DNA from: an uncultured Acidimicrobiales bacterium
GTDB lineage: Bacteria > Actinomycetota > Acidimicrobiia > Acidimicrobiales > SZUA-35
Assembly: GCA_937925335.1 (NCBI GenBank)
Contig: CALEWY010000008.1
Span: 66-64,065, forward strand
DNA: 64,000 nt
Direction: 5' to 3'
Every line of letters starts with the position of its first letter. Position 1 is the stretch's first letter. Of the stretch, positions 25,252 through 34,194 are shown piece after piece. The notes under the pieces were generated by a model. That model was not told the DNA's origin. It searched no databases and saw nothing but the letters and a program-made list of their open reading frames with translations. A program made the translations under genes and the position numbers.

Positions 25252-26013
25252 TCAGGCGAACAGCGCTGAAAGATCGACCTGAGTTTGGCGGATCGCCGAA
25301 CGAATGTCGGAGTGCGCCAGCTCGAAAGCGGTGAGAATTCGGTCGCCGTGGCGCCAGGGCGGTTGATCGAGCATCGCCATCTCGGTCATCTCTCGCTGCA
25401 GGTGGAACTCGCTCGCCGGTCGCATGGCCGACGCAAGAATGGCCTTCGGTGTTGCGTGGCGGTGCAGTCGTCGCTGCCACTTCTGGCCGAGTTCGTTGAG
25501 GCCGGTCGGGTCAAAGGTGACCGTCGACCAAATCTCGGATGCTCGCTCAGCGATCGCAACATCGTGTTCGCCGGGGCCAAAGTCGGTTCGCTGAACGCCA
25601 GCGGCGACCATGTCGAAGCATTCGTCGATCGCTTCAAGACACGTGTCGAGCAACGGCTGCGCCATCGGCTCAGCCGTCGTCGTCCAGAAGTCATCGATTC
25701 CCGGCGCAGACCCATTCCGGGTCATTCGGCCGACCTCTTCCTGAGCGGAGAGGAGGCTACGCCACGTCAGATCGTGTTCTGCCCGTGCACCGGCAAGTCG
25801 CTCCGCCAGCAGACTTGCTCCTCGATCAACCCGGCGCAGAAGGCGCTGAGGGTCCAATCGAGCGTGCTCGGTCAGATGATCATGTGATGTGGTTGTAGAC
25901 ACTCCCGCTCCGCAAAGGTGAGGTTCCCGCTCGTGCATATCCATCGGACCCCGACCCCAAATCTTGGAGGGGTCGTCTGGCCCAATAGCAACTGCCGAGA
26001 GGCCTAGCGGCAA
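25252..26013 (-). CDS. Hypothetical protein
   Basis: 253-aa ORF convergent with the NHase operon. No family recognised. Confidence 0.45.
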   Translation of the reverse strand: MPLGLSAVAIGPDDPSKIWGRGPMDMHEREPHLCGAGVSTTTSHDHLTEHARLDPQRLLRRVDRGASLLAERLAGARAEHDLTWRSLLSAQEEVGRMTRNGSAPGIDDFWTTTAEPMAQPLLDTCLEAIDECFDMVAAGVQRTDFGPGEHDVAIAERASEIWSTVTFDPTGLNELGQKWQRRLHRHATPKAILASAMRPASEFHLQREMTEMAMLDQPPWRHGDRILTAFELAHSDIRSAIRQTQVDLSALFA

Positions 26014-26103
26014 TCGTGGGTTGCAGACGACGAACCTCCGGGCCGATCGAGTTGAGCGGGTGCGGTGCCCACCGGATCAACCCGAGCCGGTACGCTCATC
26101 GCC

Positions 26104-27213
26104 ATGTTCGAGGCCCGTTTAGAACGAGTGCGCAACGCCATGAAGCAGGGCGGTGTCGACACGCTCTTGTTGTCGGTCGGCCCCGATATGCCGTGGCTGA
26201 TCGGCTACCAGGCGATGCCGCTCGAGCGCCTCACGATGCTCGTTGTGCCCATCGATGCGACACCCACGCTCGTGATTCCATCGTTCGAGGTCCCTCGCGT
26301 GGTCGAACGTCCCGGTGTTTTCGACGTTGATGGTTGGGGGGAGACCGAGGACCCGGTTGCCCGGGTTGCGAATCTCGTCGACGCCGGTGCGACCGTTGCC
26401 ATTGGCGACCACACGTGGACTCGGTTCACGATCGACCTTCAACATGCACTGCCCGGCCGTTCGTGGGAACGCGCTGCCTCCGTCGTCGGTGATCTTCGAG
26501 CCGTCAAAGACGACGCTGAGATTGAAGCGTTGCAACGAGCAGCGTCAGGTGTTGATCGCATCGCCGCTGCGCTGCAAGGTGGCGAGATCCCGCTGATCGG
26601 CAAGACCGAGGCGGAGGTGTCGGCCGAACTCGGACGTCGAATCGTCGCCGAGGGCCATGCAAAGGTGAACTTTGCGATCGTCGCTGCCGGTGAGAACGCG
26701 TCGAGCCCCCATCATCATCCGGGCGATCGTGTAATCCGGGCCGGTGAAGTGGTGCTCTGCGACTTTGGTGGCACAACCGCTGAACCGGACGGCCAACCCG
26801 GCTACTGCAGCGACATCACGCGCTGTGTCTATACCGGTGAGCCGCCAGCGGAGTTCTCCGAAGCGTACGACGTGCTCCAGGCAGCTCAGGCTGCAGCGAG
26901 GGCAGCGGCCACACCCGGTACGCCGGCCGAGGATGTCGACCGGGTCGCCCGCGATGGCATGGCTGAAGCCGATCTCGATCAGTGGTTCTTGCATCGCCTC
27001 GGCCACGGCATCGGCGTCGAAGCACACGAAGAGCCCTACCTCGTCGACGGCAACAGCGAGCCGCTCGTGGCTGGCAACGCATTCTCGATCGAGCCCGGCT
27101 TCTACATCGCCGACAAGTGGGGCGCTCGCCTCGAAGACATCGTCGTCGCCACTCCCGATGGTTCACGATCGCTCAATCAGGCATCTCGTGACCTTGCAAT
27201 CGTCGAGGCCTGA
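26104..27213 (+). CDS. M24-family metallopeptidase (Xaa-Pro dipeptidase/aminopeptidase P-like)
   Basis: Creatinase-like N-domain plus DFGG...GYCSDITR, HRLGHGIGVEAHEEPY and FSIEPG metal-ligand motifs. Confidence 0.85.
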   Translation: MFEARLERVRNAMKQGGVDTLLLSVGPDMPWLIGYQAMPLERLTMLVVPIDATPTLVIPSFEVPRVVERPGVFDVDGWGETEDPVARVANLVDAGATVAIGDHTWTRFTIDLQHALPGRSWERAASVVGDLRAVKDDAEIEALQRAASGVDRIAAALQGGEIPLIGKTEAEVSAELGRRIVAEGHAKVNFAIVAAGENASSPHHHPGDRVIRAGEVVLCDFGGTTAEPDGQPGYCSDITRCVYTGEPPAEFSEAYDVLQAAQAAARAAATPGTPAEDVDRVARDGMAEADLDQWFLHRLGHGIGVEAHEEPYLVDGNSEPLVAGNAFSIEPGFYIADKWGARLEDIVVATPDGSRSLNQASRDLAIVEA

Positions 27214-27221
27214 GATCATCA

Positions 27222-28082
27222 ATGCTTGATCTGCACGGTGCGACCGTGATGCTCCAGTGGGCGACCGGTGGCCTCATCTTCTTGTGGGTGACGACTCGCC
27301 GCCGCGAAGTTGGCATCGGCTATGGCTGGACGATGCGCATCACCTACGGGCTGATGGCGGTCCTATCGCTGTATCTCGGCCTGAGCTTTGGGCCCCAGCT
27401 GATTCGCGAGATCGGTTCAGCCGGCGTCATCGCCGGATGTGTGATCGCCGGTGCCCAATCGTGGACTCGTCGCACCGCCGGTGTCGAAGGCCAGCGCGAG
27501 CTCGCAGAAGCCCGCTCAGGTCGTGTGGCCGCAATGACCGGTATCGACCTCGATGAGCGGGTGAAGGTCGACGATGGCCCCGAGTTCGACCCTCGGCTCG
27601 ATCTCATCGCCCCTGCCTTTGGTCTGTTCGGGCTGCTCGGTGCTGGTCTCAATGCCGGCGATCCCGTGTGGCTGCAGTTGCTGCGGGTGCTCGTCGGAGC
27701 GGTCTTCCTCGGTGCGGTGAGCGATGCCATGTTGCTTGGCCATTGGTATCTGGTGCAGCCCGGCCTCGGTCGTGAGCCGTTGAATGAACTGGTTCGCTGG
27801 ACGGGCATTACCTGGGCTCCTGAAGTGCTCTTGCTGTTGATCCCGACCGGAATGCTCTCGGTGCTCGACGGCACGATCGACGATGGCTACGCGGGCATGT
27901 TGGGGTGGTTCTGGGTGGCGTGTGTCGTCACCACGATCGGCCTCGTCTTCGTCACGGTGGCCGCTCTGCGAGAGCGTCAATACGCAGCGGTCATGGCTGC
28001 GACGGGCCTTTTGTACCTGGCGATCCTCACCGCGTTTGGTGTCGATTTGGTTGCCAGAGCTGCCCTGTCCCAGGCCGGGTGA
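27222..28082 (+). CDS. Integral membrane protein, unknown function
   Basis: 286 aa with about 7 hydrophobic segments. No family recognised. Confidence 0.55.
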   Translation: MLDLHGATVMLQWATGGLIFLWVTTRRREVGIGYGWTMRITYGLMAVLSLYLGLSFGPQLIREIGSAGVIAGCVIAGAQSWTRRTAGVEGQRELAEARSGRVAAMTGIDLDERVKVDDGPEFDPRLDLIAPAFGLFGLLGAGLNAGDPVWLQLLRVLVGAVFLGAVSDAMLLGHWYLVQPGLGREPLNELVRWTGITWAPEVLLLLIPTGMLSVLDGTIDDGYAGMLGWFWVACVVTTIGLVFVTVAALRERQYAAVMAATGLLYLAILTAFGVDLVARAALSQAG

Positions 28083-28157
28083 TCTGACTCCTGTTGGTTT
28101 TGCTCCTTCTGCCGATGGATTAGCGTTCGCCTACCGTCCGGTGAAGGGACACCCGCC

Positions 28158-29102
28158 ATGCCTCGTGCAACTTGGAGCGGGGCCATCAGCTTTGGCCTCG
28201 TCTCAATCCCCGTGAAGCTGTACACCGCTGTGAGCAAGAAGTCGGTGCAGTTCAACCAGCTCGATGGTCGGACGAACGCCCGCATCAAGATGAAGCGCGT
28301 CTCGACCCTCGATGGGGAGGACGTGCCCTACGAGGAATTGGTGAAGGGCTACGAAGTCTCCAAGGGTTCCTACGTCGTCATCGAAGATGATGAGATCGCA
28401 GCGCTCAGCCCCAAGGCTTCACGCACGATCGACATCACCGACTTCGTCGAAGAAGCGGACATCGATCCGGTGTTCTACGACTCCGGCTACTTCTTGATGC
28501 CAGACGAACTTTCTCGAAAGTCCTACGCCTTGCTCGCTGAGGCGATGGAGGAGTCTGGTCGTGTTGCGATCGCGACATTTGTGATGCGAACCAAGCAACA
28601 CCTTGCGGCCGTTCGTCCAGTCGATGGCATTCTCATGCTCTCGACCATGCGATATCACGATGAGGTCGTCGAAGCGTCCGACCTTCCTGGTTTCGATGAG
28701 ATCGCCGAGGTCGAAGTCACCGAGGCCGAGCGGGCGATGGCTGAGCAGTTGATTGAAAGCCTCGCAGCGGAGTTTGAACCCGAGCGCTACGAAGATTCGT
28801 TCCGCAACCAGGTGATGGACCTGATCGAGCGCAAGGCGTCGGGCGACTTGGCCACGGTTGAGGCTCCGGCCGCAGCGGAGGACGAAGCGGTCGTCGACTT
28901 GCTCGCCGCACTCGAAGCGAGTGTCAGTGCAGCCAAGGACGCTCGAAAGCGTCACCCCGCTGCCAAGAAGGCGACAAAGAAGCCGGCAACCAAGGTGGCC
29001 GACAAGAAGAAGCCGGCGGCGAAGAAGAGCTCGGCCAAGAAGGCAGCAAAGAAGAAGACCTCGAAGAAGAAGGCCGACCTGCCCGAGGCAAAGTCGGCCT
29101 AG
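28158..29102 (+). CDS. ku: Ku protein (NHEJ) with Lys-rich C-terminal tail
   Basis: MPRATWSGAISFGLVSIPVKLYTA... is the canonical bacterial Ku N-terminus. The C-terminus has KKATKKPATKVADKKKPAAKK repeats. Confidence 0.95.
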   Translation: MPRATWSGAISFGLVSIPVKLYTAVSKKSVQFNQLDGRTNARIKMKRVSTLDGEDVPYEELVKGYEVSKGSYVVIEDDEIAALSPKASRTIDITDFVEEADIDPVFYDSGYFLMPDELSRKSYALLAEAMEESGRVAIATFVMRTKQHLAAVRPVDGILMLSTMRYHDEVVEASDLPGFDEIAEVEVTEAERAMAEQLIESLAAEFEPERYEDSFRNQVMDLIERKASGDLATVEAPAAAEDEAVVDLLAALEASVSAAKDARKRHPAAKKATKKPATKVADKKKPAAKKSSAKKAAKKKTSKKKADLPEAKSA

Positions 29103-29180
29103 CTGTCCTAGGTCGGACTCGCTTCTCGCGAGCGAACCGTCGTTGCGCCTAAGCTCCGGCTCGTGCCGCAGAAGGAGAGA

Positions 29181-30086
29181 GTGAGCGTCGAAGTCGATGG
29201 CCGCACGCTGTCGCTTTCGAATCTCGACAAGGTGCTCTATCCGGCCGTTGGATTCACAAAAGGCCAGGTCATCGACTACTACGCGCGCATTGCGCCGGTC
29301 ATGATTCCTCATCTTGAGGGTCGCTGCATCACGCTCCGCCGGTTCCCGAACGGGATTGATCAACAGTCGTTCTTCGAGAAGCGATGTGCGTCGCATCGCC
29401 CCGATTGGTTGCCGACCGCGGTCGGCCCCGGCGATAGCAAGAGCGCCATTCACTACTGCCAACTCGAAGAGACCGCTGCTCTCGTATGGACGGCCAACCT
29501 TGCCGCGCTCGAGCTGCACGCTCCGATGGCACGATCGATCGACCTTGAGAATCCAACGATGCTCGTTTTCGACCTTGACCCGGGCGCGCCTGCCACCATC
29601 ACGGAGTGTTGCGCCGTCGCACTCGACCTTCGCAACGTGCTCGAAGCGGTTGGTCTCGAGGCATTTCCGAAGACGTCGGGTTCGAAGGGTTTGCAGGTCT
29701 ACGTGCCGCTGAACACCGATGGTGATGACGCACATACCCACGATCACGCGTCGAGCTTTGCCCTCGCTTGCGGTCAGCTTCTCGCCAAACAAGCGCCCGA
29801 CCGTGTCGTGGTCACGATGAAGAAGGCCGACCGCCCCGGCAAAGTGTTCGTCGATTGGTCGCAGAACTCTCGCCACAAAACGACGTCGGCCGTCTACACG
29901 ATGCGAGCTCGGACCGAACCAACGGTGTCGACACCCGTCACCTGGGACGAAGTCTCCGATGCAGCCGATGGCGAGCTGCTCCGATTCGAGACCGACCAGG
30001 TGCTCGAACGGGTGGAGGAGTTTGGCGACTTGTTTGCGCCGACACTCGAGCTGGTTCAGCAGCTTCCGTCGAGCAGGGCGAGTTAA
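29181..30086 (+). CDS. Stand-alone LigD polymerase/primase domain protein (NHEJ)
   Basis: LSLSNLDKVLYP..GFTKGQVIDYY, FPNGI..QSFFEK, DLDP and SGSKGLQVYVPL motifs. AAGGAG lies 5 nt before GTG 29181. No ligase domain is attached. Confidence 0.85.
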   Translation: MSVEVDGRTLSLSNLDKVLYPAVGFTKGQVIDYYARIAPVMIPHLEGRCITLRRFPNGIDQQSFFEKRCASHRPDWLPTAVGPGDSKSAIHYCQLEETAALVWTANLAALELHAPMARSIDLENPTMLVFDLDPGAPATITECCAVALDLRNVLEAVGLEAFPKTSGSKGLQVYVPLNTDGDDAHTHDHASSFALACGQLLAKQAPDRVVVTMKKADRPGKVFVDWSQNSRHKTTSAVYTMRARTEPTVSTPVTWDEVSDAADGELLRFETDQVLERVEEFGDLFAPTLELVQQLPSSRAS

Positions 30087-30733
30087 CTCGACCTTTCGTT
30101 CGCCGGAGTGTTCTTCGCTGCCGCAATGAAGTTTTCCATCATCGCTCGATCCTTGATGCCGGGGGTTGACTCAACGCCGGAGGCAACGTCGACGCCCCAG
30201 GGCTGAACCTGCTCGATGGCGTCAGCGACGTTGCCGGGGTGAAGGCCACCGGCGAGCAGCACGTCATGGTCGTCGGGAAGTTGGCCAACGAGGTTCCAGT
30301 CGAACGGCACGCCACCACCGGGGCTCGGAGCGTCGAGCATGACGACCGCATCGTGCTCGTCTACTGGCTCGGTTGCCGCCATCTGATCGGACACATCGTG
30401 CCACGATGTTTGGCCCAGGGAGAACGCGTGGATCAGCGTCGAGACGGTCGCCCCAACCCGCGCTCGCTCATCGGGTGTGTAGGGGCCGTGAAGCTGGACA
30501 GCATCGAGCCCGAGCGACTCGGAGAGCTTGAGAATCTGTTCAATCGTGTGGCCCTGAAACACGCCGACGGCCATCACACCGTCTGGGATCGCCGATCGAA
30601 CCGCACGGGCCCCGTCGATCTCGACGAAGCGTGTCGATGAGGGAACGAGATTGATCCCGATCGCATCCACTCCAAGCTCCGCACCAGTCTCAGCATCCTC
30701 CGGTCGGGTGATCCCGCAGATCTTCACGAACAT
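30083..30733 (-). CDS. trpF: Phosphoribosylanthranilate isomerase
   Basis: MFVKICGITRPEDA...GVDAIGINLVPSSTRFV...LAGGLHPGNV is the canonical TrpF pattern. It is not next to other trp genes. Confidence 0.85.
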   Translation of the reverse strand: MFVKICGITRPEDAETGAELGVDAIGINLVPSSTRFVEIDGARAVRSAIPDGVMAVGVFQGHTIEQILKLSESLGLDAVQLHGPYTPDERARVGATVSTLIHAFSLGQTSWHDVSDQMAATEPVDEHDAVVMLDAPSPGGGVPFDWNLVGQLPDDHDVLLAGGLHPGNVADAIEQVQPWGVDVASGVESTPGIKDRAMMENFIAAAKNTPANERSS

Positions 30734-30759
30734 GCGTCGACCGTCGCGTCGAGAGCGAG

Positions 30760-31002
30760 TCACTCGGAAACCTCGTACGCGAGGTCCACCAAGCGCTCAG
30801 CCATGTCGAACTTGGATTCGAGGTCGACCGGTTGCAGGTAGAAGTCAGCGAGCAGCTGGCCGAGCTCGACATCGCTCTGCTCGTGCTGTGTTCCTCGGGC
30901 ATAGGACCCGTAGAGCAGAACCGCAACGACGTCTCCGCGGTCCAGGCGTTCGGCGATGAACCGATCCGCTTGCTCGGGCAGTGACTGGGGCAAGTTGTCC
31001 AT
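30760..31002 (-). CDS. Short nucleotidyltransferase-domain (MNT-like) protein, possibly a remnant
   Basis: VAVLLYGSYARGT..SDVEL matches the Pol-beta-type GS...D.D motif (second Asp replaced by Glu). It is only about 80 aa. Confidence 0.4.
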   Translation of the reverse strand: MDNLPQSLPEQADRFIAERLDRGDVVAVLLYGSYARGTQHEQSDVELGQLLADFYLQPVDLESKFDMAERLVDLAYEVSE

Positions 31003-31240
31003 CGGCGTCTCCGAGCTAGCGAGTCCGGCCATCAAGCTAGAGCAGCCGTCGCCGAGGAGCCCGCAAGTTCGCTCAGCCCGTCCTGCCAAGTATCAGGCAT
31101 TCGGTCCGGCTCTCGGGCTCAGACCCGACCGTGGGCTTCGCGGTTGGAGGGTCGGCAGACACAGAAATTTCTTGGATTTCGTTGTTGGATGGACCGGTTT
31201 TCGGGGATGACTGTCACAGGCCGTCTCTATTGTTTGACGT

Positions 31241-32515
31241 ATGGAGTTCTTGGCGGAACGGCGGACAATTCAGGCGGGCACAACGGTTGCGTTTGACGAT
31301 CTTGGATCGTTCGACACCTCATCGGTCACAGCGAATTCGTCTGGCCGATCAGCAGTCGAACTACTCCTTCAAGCCGAAGCGATGCGAGCTGAAGCGGTGC
31401 GCCGTTTGGTGCCGTTCGACACCGCTAATTGTTCAATCGTGCACGGTTACGCCACACCGGCCCGCCACCTGTCGTGTGAAGCAGGTCTGGCCGATGACGA
31501 CGCGAAGACGATGATTTCGATCACTCGTCTGTGCGCTCGATATGAGCTGACAGCGAAAGCCCTGGCGGAAGGTGTCCTCCCGCTCAGCCATGCCGCCGTC
31601 CTCGCCAAAGCCGCTCACGGTCTCGGTGACTTCTACGCCGAAGACGAAGCACGACTGCTTGGGTTGGTGGACGGTCGTGGTGAAGGAGCGTTCCGTCGTG
31701 CGTTGCAGAACTGGCGACACAACCGGTTACACCGTGCCGATCGTGATGACGGCACATCTGATGCGTTCGCGAACCGTCACGTCACCTCACAGCGGGCGTT
31801 CGACGGGTCGGGCAAAGGGTCGTTCGGGTTGGACGCTGAGGGCATGGACATGCTCGAAGACGCGTTGTTCACCAAACCCGATCGCGCTGACGGCCCGGTC
31901 CCACAACGCACGAAAGCACAACGCCAAGCCGATGCGTTGGTGGATATGGCTGCCGATTTCGACGGCACACCACGACGAAGCCGAACGACGAACGAAGAAG
32001 CAGCCAGCGATGCAGATGCTGCTGACGACTCCGGTTGGTCCTCGGAACCAACAGGCGCTCGCACATCGAAGCCCTCCAACGTTGATGTGATCATCGATCT
32101 GCAGACGTTGGAGAATCAGCATCACGATGACATCGCTGCGATCCGCGCTGAGTTCGCATCCGGCCACGCTGCGCCGATCTCGATCCTTGACCAGATCTTG
32201 TGCGACGCCACATTCCGGCGTGTGTTGACGGACGGGCCATCAACCATCCTGGACTATGGCAAACCGTTGGCGGACATCCCTCGGCATCTGCGCAAAGCCG
32301 TACAGATCAGGGACCGGTGCTGCCAGATGCCTGGCTGTGACCGGTCGTGGCAGTGGTGTGATGTGCACCACGTCAAACCAAAGAGCCGTGGCGGACCCGA
32401 CGACATCAACAACCTGATCCTGTTGTGCCGGTTCCACCACGGACTCGTGCACAAAGCCGGCTGGAGAGTGGAACGCGACCCCGTCACCGGACACACCCGA
32501 GCCTGGAGCCCCTAA
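31241..32515 (+). CDS. DUF222-domain HNH endonuclease (13E12-repeat-type protein)
   Basis: C-terminal CCQMPGCDRSWQWCDVHHVKPKSRGGPDDINNLILLCRFHHGLVHKAGW. The long N-terminal DUF222-like region is typical of actinobacterial HNH family members. Confidence 0.85.
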   Translation: MEFLAERRTIQAGTTVAFDDLGSFDTSSVTANSSGRSAVELLLQAEAMRAEAVRRLVPFDTANCSIVHGYATPARHLSCEAGLADDDAKTMISITRLCARYELTAKALAEGVLPLSHAAVLAKAAHGLGDFYAEDEARLLGLVDGRGEGAFRRALQNWRHNRLHRADRDDGTSDAFANRHVTSQRAFDGSGKGSFGLDAEGMDMLEDALFTKPDRADGPVPQRTKAQRQADALVDMAADFDGTPRRSRTTNEEAASDADAADDSGWSSEPTGARTSKPSNVDVIIDLQTLENQHHDDIAAIRAEFASGHAAPISILDQILCDATFRRVLTDGPSTILDYGKPLADIPRHLRKAVQIRDRCCQMPGCDRSWQWCDVHHVKPKSRGGPDDINNLILLCRFHHGLVHKAGWRVERDPVTGHTRAWSP

Positions 32516-32741
32516 CCACCAGCCCGGTCAGGGCTGGGGCGAGCGAGCCACCCGAAAACCGAACGAAGCGCCGGAAACCATCGGGTTGCGGCGGCTTCAC
32601 CGCGCCAAGTCGCAGGTCATTGGTCGTTCATGGCAGCGGACGCGCTCGCCCCTTCCCGGCGGTTGGGGCGTTCTTGGCCAGTCGCTATTGGGAGAGGACT
32701 CGCACCCGGCCAACTGCGAGGTATCCCGAATCGATCGAGGC

Positions 32742-33068
32742 CTACAACGTGCCGTCGATCCAGGCCTCGATCCCGCTCATCGTGTGCTCGAACGACTGGC
32801 CGACTTCGATCTGATATCGATCAGCGAGGACCAGGAGCACCCAAAGGCAGTCAGACAGTTCGTGCGCCAGTTCATCTCTCGGGTCGGCGTCACGTAATGG
32901 CCGTCTGCCCTCGAGTCGATGCACGATGGCTGATAGATCCCCAACGTCGGTCATCAAGCCCATCACCAGGTCCTCCGTCGACCACTCTTGCCCGTAGGTG
33001 TCTCGTTCGTAGACCGAGAACTTCGCACGCACCTCAACCGCTCGTCGCGTCATGTCATCGATGTCCAT
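32742..33068 (-). CDS. MazG-like nucleotide pyrophosphohydrolase domain protein
   Basis: 108 aa with L.GL..DVGDL......E..HEL.D.LW.LL.LA, the MazG four-helix pattern. Confidence 0.75.
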   Translation of the reverse strand: MDIDDMTRRAVEVRAKFSVYERDTYGQEWSTEDLVMGLMTDVGDLSAIVHRLEGRRPLRDADPRDELAHELSDCLWVLLVLADRYQIEVGQSFEHTMSGIEAWIDGTL

Positions 33069-33102
33069 CCGACATCATTTCATGAGGGGAGGCAACGGAC
33101 GG

Positions 33103-33252
33103 TTAGGTATCGCCCCGATGCTGGGACAGACCCGTTGCAAGCGCCGCGGCCACCACCGCGATCGCTCCGGCCCAAACGGCGAGGCCCGCTGCCGAAAGAG
33201 ACACCAAAAAGAGAGCCGCTGCGCCCAAGCGCCTGCGAGGCAGCCGTGTCAC
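33103..33252 (-). CDS. Possible 49-aa membrane/signal-like peptide upstream of the MazG-like gene (speculative)
   Basis: GTG ORF VTRLPRRRLGAAALFLVSLSAAGLAVWAGAIAVVAAALATGLSQHRGDT found by hand translation. It is below the ORF-track length cutoff. Confidence 0.2.
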   Translation of the reverse strand: MTRLPRRRLGAAALFLVSLSAAGLAVWAGAIAVVAAALATGLSQHRGDT

Positions 33253-33394
33253 AACGAATAGCGTTATCGAAAGGGTGTGCTCACGTAGGAGCGGGATCCC
33301 TCTGTTGGGGGTCTGCCGAACACGTCACGGCGAGTTGGAGTGCCCTCCGGGAAATGTAGACCTGCCACTCTGCTCGGCAACTACGTTCGAGCCG

Positions 33395-34081
33395 ATGAGC
33401 TTCTACGAGCGGGTTGCGGAGAGCTACGACGACTGGTCAGCACACGTCACCGACGACATCGACTTCTATGTCGATCTTGCGCTTCGGGCGGACGGACCGA
33501 TCGTCGAACTTGCGGTCGGGAACGGTCGAGTGGCCATACCAGTTGCAAAGGCCACTGGCGGCAGGGTGATCGGGACCGATTCGTCTCCTGCGATGCTCGA
33601 ACAGGCGAGATCGCGAGCCGCTGAGGCTGCAGCCGATCTCGATCTACGGCTGAGCGATATGCGCGACCTTGAGCTCGATGAGGCCTGCGGGCTGATCTAT
33701 TGCCCAGGACGCTCGCTCCTGCACGTGCCCACGTGGGCGGAGCGACGACAGATCTTCGAGCGAGTGGCGAAGTCACTCAAGCACGGTGGGATGTTTGCTT
33801 GGAACGTCCTCGCTTTCGACCACAGAGTCGCTGCCGAAATTGATGGTGAAGAGGCGCTCCGCCCGGCTCCTCATGTCAACCGGCTCAACGTTCCAGAGAA
33901 CCGGATCGACATGGTGCTTGAGGACGGCGCGACCACGTCGTTGTGGTGGGCAACGAAGAACGAGTGGCTCGGATTGATTGATGTCGCTGGTCTCGAGCTT
34001 GAAGACCTTTATGGCGACTTCAGCGGTTCAGCACTCGATGCGGCCAGTCGCGAGTACGTCTTCGTCGCCCGACGGCCCTGA
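33395..34081 (+). CDS. Class I SAM-dependent methyltransferase
   Basis: MSFYERVAESYDDW..., with motif I IVELAVGNGRVAIPVA and DSSPAML. ATG 33395 is preferred over the ORF start 33275. Confidence 0.8.
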   Translation: MSFYERVAESYDDWSAHVTDDIDFYVDLALRADGPIVELAVGNGRVAIPVAKATGGRVIGTDSSPAMLEQARSRAAEAAADLDLRLSDMRDLELDEACGLIYCPGRSLLHVPTWAERRQIFERVAKSLKHGGMFAWNVLAFDHRVAAEIDGEEALRPAPHVNRLNVPENRIDMVLEDGATTSLWWATKNEWLGLIDVAGLELEDLYGDFSGSALDAASREYVFVARRP

Positions 34082-34111
34082 CCTCACCGGAGCCCGCCAA
34101 AACGAACGACG

Positions 34112-34149
34112 GCCGAAGTAACCGGAACCCCCATCCCGGCTACTTCGGC
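34112..34149. terminator. Hairpin between convergent genes
   Basis: GCCGAAGTA-N20-TACTTCGGC with 9-bp perfect arms. Confidence 0.4.
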
Positions 34150-34194
34150 GCGTTCGATTGCTGAACAGCTTGTTCTCACCGCACGAGTCGGTGC

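Noticed and set aside
28419-29876. 485-aa minus-strand ORF
   Set aside because: It is antisense to the clearly recognisable ku and LigD-Pol genes, and its composition is low-complexity and Arg/Leu-rich.
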